From NCBI GenBank assembly GCA_000708835.1, contig DF237247.1, positions 45,021 through 109,020 on the forward strand: a stretch of DNA of 64,000 nt. The letters run 5' to 3'. A program made the position numbers and the translations under genes. The notes beneath the pieces were generated by a model. The model was not told the origin of the DNA, made no database searches, and saw nothing but the letters and a program-made list of their open reading frames with translations. This document shows, piece after piece, positions 24,020 to 34,325 of this stretch. Source of the DNA: Klebsormidium nitens (lineage: Eukaryota; Plantae; Klebsormidiophyceae). Positions within the stretch are counted from its first letter, which is position 1. Every line of letters begins with the position of its first letter.

Positions 24020-27000
24020 CTTTGTCCGCCTATGAGACGACGGTGATAACCTGATCCTCAAATGGTTGATACCACCAAAGCTTTGCATTCGTGCGAAGAC
24101 GTGCCTTGCTGCGATGTAAGTCTTTGCATCCACATATACACACAAAATTCTACAAGATACCCTTCAAGACAGGGGTACACCTGCGACAGAACACCAGGCC
24201 AAAATTGTCACAGGTTACTGGACACCTCGCCGAGCTCGTTGAGAGCCGATTCTTCTGTTACAGCCTTCTCATATCACTGACCTCAATCTCTTTCAACACA
24301 AGTAAGCGCCTTCAAGCTACCGAAAGTTGTCACTTCTATTGTGTGCTGGTGACTTTCCCCCGGTTCCCCAGGTCCCCTTTCAAGCAGCCCACGGTTGCTT
24401 GCTTTCTCTGAAAATCAAGAAATGACGCCCTCAACATACTCATACGAACGCTGCTGAATTGCAGGTATGCTTGGGACTATTTCCCGGTTTCTCTTCAAGC
24501 CAACCAAGGGGGCTTAGTCTTTCGATCAATCAGAAAGTGAGGCCCTCGACTTACTCATACGAACGCTGCTGGATTGCAGGTGTGCTCGGAGATATCCACC
24601 GGTCGCTCTCCGAGCCGACCAAGGTTGTTTTTTTGTTCCCGGGGCAAGGCTCCCAGTACGTCAACATGGGCCGCGAGCTGTATGAGTCGGACCCAGTGTT
24701 CCGCTCCGCCATCCAGCGGTGCGACGGTATCCTCGCGCCGCTTCTGCCGGAACGTCTATTACGAGTGCTGTACCCCACCGAGGTAAGTTTTCTGTATCCC
24801 CTAGTTAGAGGTTTGGATAAGTGAAGACCCTAAAAACCGGCAATGACAATCAGCGATCCTGTAAGACTCCTCTTGCGGGGGCTGTAGCCCACGTTAGCAT
24901 CGCGGGCGCTTCTTGACTCGATCGTTTTAAAAGAGGTTTCTGCAACGAAAGATGTGCTTACTTCCTAAGCGTCCCACTGGTATGGTAACCGGAGCGTTTA
25001 TATTACAATGATCCGGCAATCGATGGGCCCATCGCTTACTTCGTTGTTCTGGTGCCCAATTGAGTTCCTCAAACACAGACTCAGTACGCACAGCCCGCAT
25101 TCTAACCACCGCCGGTAACAATCCCAAACCTGTCTTCTTAACCCACATCCGCAGGACTTTGCCCCGACGGCAGAACGTTTGATTCACCAGACCCAGCGCA
25201 ACCCGCGATCTTCGCCGTCGAATACGCCCTCGCCCAACTGTGCCTTTCCAAGGGACTGCTTCCGTCAGCCGTTCTGGGCCACAGCGTCGGCGAGCACGCG
25301 GCCGCGTGCGTGGCTGACGTCATGTCGCTCGAGGATGGGCTGCGGATCATGGCGGCCCGGGGGGCGCTCCTGCAGGTACGAAACCCGAAAATAATTAGTA
25401 AATAACCTAAGATAATGACCAGCGTCAACCCTATAAGTGACGCACTCGGCTCCCTTACCGACTGTGATTAGTAAGTAACCCGTCTCAGTGCGACTACGTT
25501 ATCGTTATTTCAGCTTATTGTTATCTTTCTTGGATTTGATCCTGCAGGCGCTGCCGGCCGGAGGGTGCATGGCGGCTGTGCGCGCGAGCAAGGAGGACGT
25601 GGCGCGCGCGCTGGAGGCGGTCGGCTGCGAGGTGAGGGCTTCGATGTACGGGTATCCGAGCGTTCAAGCCGCTCATATAACTACGGACGGATACTCCTCG
25701 AGACATTATCTGGAATGGGTTTCGAGAAGGACCCGAGCTTACCGTTTGGTCGATGAAGGGATTGACATTCTCACCGCGGATTGGGGCATCATGCAGCCAA
25801 ACATCTTCGAAGCAGGCCCTTAAACAGGTTGGAAAACAGGTTGGAAGCACTTGTAACGGATGACAGAGCGCCGTTTCTTGCCCTCAAGAACGGGCCCGCC
25901 GTACGGATCCGTTTGTTCAAGCCAAACCATTCTCGAATGAAACCGACCACATAGCGGTCGTCTCAGGTACGCACTAGAAGCTGTAAAAACGAAAAGGGAA
26001 CGTATCGAAATGGACGACTTTTCGCGGGGCAGCTTGTAATGGCTGTAATCAGACCAGGGGGTACAATTTCAAGGGCAATCGAGGCCCGAGAGGAAAACGC
26101 TTTTCCGAGCGACCTACTCGCAAATGGGGCGCGAATTGCTTTCAATTCGCCGTTCGTTACGCCGGTAGCTCTCACCAAGACTAACATTGCACCTGCTCCT
26201 TTCAGGACGTTTCCATTGCTGCCGTGAATGGTCCCCGCAGCGTCTTGGTTTCCGGTTCCGTTCCGGCCGTGGAGCGGGTCCTGCAGGCCCTGGACGGATC
26301 TAGCAAGCGGCTGAACGTCTCCCACGCCTTCCACTCGCCTCTCGTGACGCCCATGCTGGAGAAGTTTGCAGAAGTGCTCCGGACGGTACGCGTCTTCAAT
26401 ATGTCCAACTTTTGCCGTTTGGTGTGTGCTTGTTTCCCTCTTAGTGCAGATTTGGACTTCGTTATTCTACCCCAAACCCGCTTACTCAAAGCGGGGTGCG
26501 TCGGAAGAGCAGATGACTTGTTATTTGCAGTATCTGCATGTAAACCAGCACAGCAAACAGGAGAACAGAGTCGCTGCGCCGTTTGCGGGCTCGAAACAAG
26601 TGTCTGAAGTGTCTGCAAAAGCAGGCCGCCGATCTTTTCGTCTCAGGCTGGCGAGCTTGTTTTCCTTTACGCTTGCCTTTCCTAATTTGAGGTCTCGTTC
26701 CCTCAGGTGACCTTTCGACCGCCGTCCCTTCCGCTCGTTGGCCTCGTAACCGGGGACCTTGTCGGCCCGGAGATCGCGTCCCCCGATTACTGGTTGCGCC
26801 ACACGCGCGCGCCCGTCCGCTTCCTCGCGGGCGCACGCGCGCTACGCGCCTCCGGCTGCCACGTGTTCCTCGAACTTGGGCCCCAAGCTGTGCTCTCGCG
26901 CCTTGCCCCGGGGTGCGAGCCACCGGAATCCGCCCCTCCAGTCCCCACGTACGCCTGCATGATCGAGCGGAACGGGAGCGGCGCCGCGGCCGCGGCCGAC

Positions 27001-28036
27001 GCGATCGCTTTCAGTCGAAATGCGGCGGATCGCCTCCGGAGCAACGGGGCAGCGGAACAGCGGAGTGACAGCGGAGTGGGAAAGTCACGCGGGGCGAACG
27101 CACGCGCATTTCCTTGGTGGACCGTTCCGCACAAGCTTTTGCAAAGCCGTACGATGGATTATGATGGAGCGACCGTATTTCGGACCATTCTTCGGGGGCG
27201 GCTCAGGGAAATGTGCGCTGCATCCATGACTGTGCACGGGGCGTCTCTACTGGGCGCTTTTTCCTGCCTGGAGATAGCTCTCGCAGCGACGGGGGACTCA
27301 CAACCGGGCGGAACCGAGTCGCCTTTGCTGCTCAGCGGCGTAACTTTCCCCTCTCCGTTTCTTCTTCTCAAGAAAGACAGCCCAACGATTTTCGCGGTCG
27401 TTTCGGAGGGCGGCCGCGGCGTGCAAGTGACGAGCGGCTCTGGACCGTCCAAGAGAGTCCACGTGGCAGCCTTAGTCAAACCGACCGGTAGGAAGCACCG
27501 GGGCTGGTGGAACGTCCCGGTTTGCTCCCCCGACCCAATCGCTCTGGGCTACAAGAAAATCGCCCCGGAACAGCTCGTCTCCGATCTACAAACTCTGGGC
27601 GCAGTGTCTTTCCTCGAAAGCGCGCGCGCGGTTGTTGAGGTTTCCATCGGTGACTCTGGGGCGTTGGCGAAGCTCGCTCTTCCTAGTTCCTCCGAAGGTT
27701 TTGGTATCCACCCAACGCTCCTAGAGGCCTCGGTTGTTGTGGTCGGGGGACTTCTCGCCCGGTCGGGGGAACTTGCTCCGGGGCCCGCTCTCCTGATGAC
27801 CGGAATCGCCGAAGTGGCGTCGCTCGGGGCGCACGCGCTTGGCGCGCGCGCGCGCGCCCGCCGAGCCTCGTTGCTGATGCACGCGAGCGGCTTGGAGACA
27901 ATGGGACCGGGGAGCTTCTCCGCGAACATCGACTTTTTCGACGCGGAAGGGAAGTGGGTGCTCGGTGCACGGCGGGTGATTTTTTGAAGCCGCCGACGCG
28001 GCCGCGTTCCGCGCGCGCGCGGAGCGCGCGCCTTCC

Positions 28037-28084
28037 GCTCCGCTCGCCGCTCCGCTCGCCGCTCCGCTCGCCGCTCCGCTCGCC
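28037..28084 (+). repeat. 12-bp coding tandem repeat x4 (APLA linker before ACP2)
   Basis: gctccgctcgcc at 28037, 28049, 28061 and 28073. Confidence 0.9.
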
Positions 28085-30039
28085 GGACCGGACGCACCGG
28101 AAGAAGAGCCGGAGGGTGAGAGCGCTCCCGAAGACGACCTCCGGGCGTTGCCAGTCAGCGAACAAAAGCCACGCGCCGAGGCGGTGATTCTTTCCGCGGC
28201 GCGAGAAGTTTTGGGCCACCCGGGGCTGGGGCTCTCCGACAGCCTCAAGGACTGGGGGATGGACTCGCTGGTCGCCAGTGAGCTGTGCAACCGCCTGCCA
28301 CGTGGCGCCACGTGGACGCCCGCGGTCGTCCTGCGGGAGAACTCCGCGCGAGCGCTCGCGGCGGTCTGGCTCGGCGCTCGTGCAGGCACTGACGTCAGCG
28401 ACGACGGAGACGACGCCAGCCGCGGGGGGAGCGCCTGCACCGATGACGTTAGCGCGGGCGTCAGCCCGGGGCCCGCTGACGTCAGCGGAGCGGCTCGCGG
28501 CCCCGTGGCGTTCTTGTTTGCGGGCCAAGGGTCGCAGGCCCCGGGCATGGCCCGGGGATTGCTGGCGACCGATCCGGTGTTCCGGGCTGCAGTGGAGGAG
28601 TGCGACCGGATTCTGAGGCCGCACTTGGGGCAGTCTATTATAGACATCATGGCGGTCGAAGTGAGTGTCCTCATTCGCGTTGACCCTTCTGGGACTCCCC
28701 AGTGAATTCTGCAGAATTTCTGCCAAAACAACCAGCCGTGTTGGGGCGGATACGAGTTGGAAGGACGTACAGAAATAGACTCACCGGCAACAAAATGCTT
28801 CTTCAGGCAGTTTTATATCGCCTGTGATTGACAGCTGTGGTCCTTTGCAAATCTTCGTCTGCGTTTTATGCTTTTGATGCATTTTCCACAATGATCAGTG
28901 CAGTAGCTCAATGGCAAGCTGAACCAGTCTACAAATGTCATCTAACCAATTTGGATGCGATAACGACCATAGTATGTCCCGTATCTAATCATGGCAATCT
29001 CGACTTCTTCCAGGACTCTCCAACTACCCCCAGCCCCGTCCACGAAAATCGCTACGCGCAACCCTGCCTCTTCGCCGTGCAATGGGGCCTCGCGCGCGTG
29101 CTCGGCGCCCGGGGCGTCCAACCGGGCGCCGTGATAGGTCACGGCTGCGGGGAATACTTCGCCGCGTGCCTGGCTGGGGTGTTCTCACTGGAAGACGCTC
29201 TCTTTCTCATCGCAACCCGATCGCGTTTGCTGAACGAGTTACCGTTAACCGGGGGCATGGCGGCCGTGAAAGCGAGCCAGGATCAAGTGGAGGCGGCGCT
29301 TAGAAAAACGGAGGGAGAGAAGGTGAGGGGCACACACGCTCCTATTTCTGCGCCGGCAATTCAGCAACATATGCACCGCATAGGCTTGGAGATCAGCAGC
29401 TATAACGATACGAACGATTCGCACGCGTATGTTTCCCGCGCTTTCATCCTGAAGCTGAAACGGACGACAGCGGGCTGCTCCATTTTAGTGCCCACATGCT
29501 TTCTATCACACGAGAGCGCTGTCGGTTAAGTTCTCTGTGGCAGGTCAATTACTTTCAAACGGATTCGTTGTGGGGCCATAGCAGACAGCGCTTTGTGCCG
29601 TTGCCTCTGCAGTCAGTGCCTATGGTTGCGTGCCCCTTATGAGCAGTACTGTTGTCGTGTTGCTGAAGTGGAAGTGCATCCCTGCTACTGATTTGCAGCG
29701 ACTGTTGGGACTGGAGCTCTGCTCTTGTAATGGTGCCACGACAAATCTCTTGAATCTGCGGCGCAACCGCTCCACCTTACTAGGATGTCCCTTATCTTTA
29801 GATCCACAAACAGGGCCACATCTGGAAGAGGCGAAGCGTGCTGGCAGGAATTATTCATTTTGCGTTCTACAAAGCCTGCATGATACTTGGTGTTTAAACG
29901 CTGATCAAGCAACTTCCCGGGTTCCTATTTCCAGGTCTACATCGCCGCCGTCAACGGGCCGTCAAACGTGGTCCTGGCCGGAGAGGCAACGGACTTGGAC
30001 CGGGTGCTCGCCCGGATGAAAGCACCGGCCAGTCGCCTG

Positions 30040-30440
30040 AATGTCCGCCAGGCCTTCCACTGCCCTCTCGTGGCGCCCGCCGTGCCAGAGTTTGCTGCAG
30101 CGCTTCAAAAGGTGGGCCCGGTAGACCCTGAAATTCTACATTCGAGATTCGTTTTCATATTGGAGTACTCGCCGGTTGAAAGCACCGTCTACTCGCCGAA
30201 TCGCCCGTCAGGCCTTCCACTGCCCCCTCGTGGCTCCTGGCGTTCCAGAGTTTGCCGCGGCGCTTCATAAGGTGGGCGCCCAGTGGACCCTAAATCCTAC
30301 ACCCAAGTTTCTAGTCAGATCGGAGTGCTCGCCCGGTTGAAAGCACCGGCCACTCGTCCGCCAGGCCTTCCATTGCCCTCTAGTGTGTTAAGTGGCGCGC
30401 GCCGTGTCAGAGTTCGCTGCGGCGCTTCGAAAGGTGGATT
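30040..30440 (+). repeat. Three tandem copies of the 3' end and donor of PKS exon 29935-30111
   Basis: caggccttcca(c/t)tgccc...cagagtt(t/c)gc...gcgcttc..aag|gtgg with donors at 30112 (real), about 30272 and about 30434. Confidence 0.85.
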
Positions 30441-33400
30441 CGTAGACCGCCCCGCTTAGTCAATTGCAGCATGTACGCACAGAGGGGAAGCTAGTCGCAG
30501 CTAGTACTTTAGACCGACGCAGATTCTGACGGGATCTGCCATAGCTCAGAAACTGCCAATTTCGTAGGACGTACTTCCGTTTTCTGTTCACAATCTTTTG
30601 TAGCATACAGGAGGCGTTCAAACTGCCACCGATTACAAACAAACATAATCTGGCCAGGATTTTTGAGTTCCGTTTTTCATTTCCGGTTTCAGGTCACTTT
30701 CCACCCGCCCACCCTTCCCCTCGCCGACAACGTCTCGGGGGGGGTGGATTCGGCGGCCCTGGCGACCCCCGACTACTGGGTCCGGCAGATGGAGGGCGCC
30801 GTTCGCTTTGAGCGCGGGGTGCGCGCGCTCGCGGGCGCGGGCGCGTGTCGCACGTTCCTCGAAGTGGGCCCGCAGGCGAAGCTCATCGGGATGGCCAACC
30901 AGTGCCTCCGGGCGGAACGGCTCGAGACCGGAAATGGAAACGAGTTTGCATTCCTGACGACGTGCGATCGGACCGGGGAGGCGACCGCGGGCGCCCTAGA
31001 CGCAGCCGCGGCCGCGTTCGCGCATTCATAAGCCGCGGCCGCTCTTTCCGCTGGATTGAGGTTCAGCAGCTTTGGCGATCTCAGGAGAAGGCGGCCAAAA
31101 GTGTTCTTGGAGTACAACTTCTTGTACATAGGGACTATTTTGGAGCGAGATACAGTCGGGTGTTCCGTCTCTCTGGTGGTCTCTTGCGCGGCTTGGCACT
31201 TGAAACATGATAACGTCTTAGTGGGTGTGATATTTATGGATTACGGGATCCGGTTTCGGGGAAATCAACGAATGAAACGGTTAAGTTGGAGAATGAGGTA
31301 GTCCGATGCTTAGGCTATTAAGCCTCGGGTTTAGGAAGTCGGATTGTAGGCAACTTTGCAGAAAGAAAGAAACGTCAAATTTGCAGATGGCTTGAAATAG
31401 GCTTGATGCCTCCAGGACATACTAACAGGCATTTGGAAGTATCGACTTCTCGCTTGGCATTAAGACCTCCGTATATAAGCAGATTAGTTCTGGTCGACGG
31501 TGGCAGGGGATTCGAAACCGGGTATCGAGTCGCGTTACTAATGACTCTCGACTTGTGGTGGTATCGTCTTTACGTCCTCAGGAGGCCCAGGTTCTCCACA
31601 AAGTACTTTAGATGGTTCAAATGATATGTAATTGTCTGAAACCATCCGAATCATTTCAGACGTTTGACTGGAGCGCACCGAGTCCGATGCCGTCAGCGTT
31701 TGGAGATTTCACCAGCGGAAATCAATCACTCCGGCACGCGTCTACAAATGAATTGACATGACCAGAAAATTTGAGCAGATAGATTCTTATCTGCTGAAAC
31801 TTCCGTACGTCGAAGTTTACACCATCACTAAGATGTGGCCGCCGAGCGGCTAGCCTTCGCAGTGGAATCCCGTCCAAACTGATTGTAGTCAAGTCCACTT
31901 GAAACAACGATTGCTGCAGACATTGGCCGACCGTCGATCCATGCAACGTGATTTTTAACTACTGCATGAGCCCTGATGGCAGCTCCGTCCGGAAAACCTC
32001 ATCTGCATCACATAACTGCACGCGCGGCAGGACCGTATCGATCAGTGGCATTCAAAATGATTCCTAGACAAGAGCACTACTGGCAATATGTTAAACGTAA
32101 TCGAACACCACAGCCGCCGAGTGTGAATGATTGTCAAGTGATCAATCGTGCAAACGCTCTGAAGGAAAGTTGGACCGCAAGACACCTAGAGTTTAAGCGC
32201 CGATCGACCCCTGTTTGTGTGAATCCGAAAATAGCTAAAGCTGTCAAACCCGGGCTCAGCCAAAGACAATTGACTTATACACAGACGTGATGATGTCGAG
32301 AGAGGTGCCCACGACGGCGAGGCTGCCCGCCAGCCCGGTCCTCCCAATCGGGACAACGCAGCGCTAATGACAGAAGATTTTGGCTGATTACCAGACTGAG
32401 TCCGACCAGCTCGGGTTATGAAGAAATAACTGGGCTTTAACCTTGTTCCAAGCCGGCTGGTTTCCGGCCCAAATCTGGCTATTGAACACTCAACCGGCAG
32501 TTTTGAAGCAGCCGACAGCCAGCCCATAAGCATCCATGATTAAGCGCCAAAACTACCTGTGAGTCGGGCCGCTAGTTACAATGGCGCTGAAAGGGGGCCG
32601 TTCGAACGTCTTTCCGTGCAGATTGAATATGCTCGTACTCGTCAAAAGGCCGGGCGCAGCTGCCGTGTAGGAATTTAAACATGCACGTACTGGCTGGAGT
32701 TGTCGTCAAAAGTGGGCCTTGCAGGCGTACGGCAGAACTTCGCAATGGTCGAAATCGCAGCGCTACCGTCCAATTCAAACGTAAGGACTCCTTTCTACAA
32801 AGTTTAGCCAGGGGTTACAGCTTCTTTGGCAGGACCGGTTCCAATACTGGGGTTCCGGCAGACCGTGCCTAACCGTAAATGCAAACAGAAGATCTCGAGC
32901 CCATCTCGAGCGTCCATCTTTTACAACGTCACAATCGGAACGGCAGCGCTGCGATACCAATATTGGTCATCCCCCAGCCATTACGGGGTTTTGCGGTCCG
33001 TCTGCTTGGAAGGGGACGCTGAAGACAATCTTCGCGAACGTGCCAGTACGTGTGGTAGACGTCATGATGCTCAGACGGCCCGTGCATCGGCCGTGGAGTT
33101 GCCGCCGGCTCGGATCGCAATTAATTCTCGCGTGGAAACAGAATGGTTGAGGTGCAACAAAGCACTGTACCCAATTGATCAGTGGCGCCAAAACTAGACG
33201 CAATCACCTGGGGGTGCCAGAAGCATGGGCCGGAGATGGATAGAGCTGTCGAGAAACTTGAAGCGATTATCTGCGGTTTTCGCGGATTTACGAGATGATT
33301 GACGACGTGCTCTCGATGACTCGGAGCCTACACCAGCGCTGGCCGAATCTTGGAATTATAGAGATCACCCGATTTCGGAGAAAAGCAGAGATGATCTTCG

Positions 33401-33914
33401 ATGCGTGAAGAACGCTACTAATTAAGTCGCATTGGCTGAGACCCGGCTGAGATTCTCCTCGAGGCGCCCCCGAGCTGGCGCAGTTTGGACTATTTGAGGA
33501 GGGACTCTTAGAAACATGGTGCCATGCATGAGGAGGCCTCGGTTGAAGGTCTGTCGATATTTGAAGGGCGGGAATGTCTCTATGTTTACCCGGCGCAATG
33601 CCTTGATTACAAGTGTCCAAAAGACTTTGGGCCAGGCTTGTTCTAGACCCGGCGGTCTACGTCGCGAATGGATGTCGAGTTGGCCTTTTATGCGTAGGTA
33701 ATATTTTCCTGTTTTATTGTACAGGCTTGTGCATTACTTGTAAACGAGCTGAACATCGAGCCTAGGCGCGCGCACAAATTTTCTACATTCCGATCCGTTG
33801 TCGTTTCGCTTCGCAGCGGACTGCGGGACTTCAACCGGAAGGCCGGCAAATACGCCGACAGAGGCGCTAAAATCGTGAATGCATGTTTTAATTGCCCGTT
33901 GCAGATGTCCCGTG

Positions 33915-34015
33915 CACCTCAACTAAAACTGTAACCCAGAATATCACCGGTTTCGTGCCCGCACCCGTCGTTAACCTACCACTAACCCCACCCATCTCCC
34001 GGGTGCAATTAATTA
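33915..34015 (-). repeat. Second copy of the ~100-bp repeat, about 320 bp upstream of the AIR9 ATG
   Basis: 33981-34006 actaaccccacccatctcccgggtgc is the reverse complement of 19008-19033 with one mismatch. Confidence 0.75.
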
Positions 34016-34325
34016 CCCTATCAGGCACTCAGGCTCCAGGTCAGCTTACCTATTAATTAATGCGCACACGCACTCGTGACTGCAGCAAAGCTGAGGAGGA
34101 GGAGAGGAGAACTCGGAACTTGGAATTAGGAACTTGCAGAAGTTGAAGTTTGAACATGGTGGCGCGTCGCAATAATATTGATTGTACTCCAGCAGAAGCA
34201 TCTTCAAACAGCAGAAGCAAGTTCAGAGTTCAGAAGTGGCGTGCAAGGACCTGTAGGCTCTAGCTCTTTGAAGGCCGGCTGCGCTTGCACTTCAGCCGGA
34301 TGGTTTGTCTGCATTGTCAGGAGTG

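Larger units (their letters stand above)
21986..31031 (+). pseudogene. Type I (cis-AT) polyketide synthase pseudogene: ACP-KS(partial)-AT-DH-like-ACP-AT(inactive)
   Basis: Exons 21986(ATG)-22584, 23073-23263, 23802-23975, 24580-24782, 25155-25375, 25548-25631, 26206-26385, 26707-28660, 29014-29322, 29935-30111, 30693-31031. Motifs: MGIDSL (ACP1), IAVVGMACRLPG and MDPQHRLVL (KS), VVFLFPGQGSQY, GHSVGE and HAFHS (AT1), GIHPTLLEA (DH-like), GMDSL (ACP2), AFLFAGQGSQ, GHGCGEY and QAFHC (AT2). Frameshifts at about 23206, 25195 and 27985; the KS C-half is absent. Confidence 0.88.

Noticed and set aside
24062-24120. MVDTT as the remnant of the KS active-site VDTACSS
   Set aside because: Only three residues match, there is no ACSS, and no suitable acceptor or phase was found.
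27979-27990. ATT TTT TGA AGC in the PKS: a +1 slip on TTT-TGA would join the DH-like domain to the ACP2 frame, resembling a programmed +1 frameshift site
   Set aside because: The gene has two other frameshifts and a KS deletion upstream, so an ordinary indel or homopolymer sequencing error in the T6 run is simpler.
27549-28731. Long minus-strand ORFs (347, 336 and 182 aa)
   Set aside because: Antisense shadows of the very GC-rich PKS exon, with low-complexity Ala/Arg/Ser translations and no motifs.
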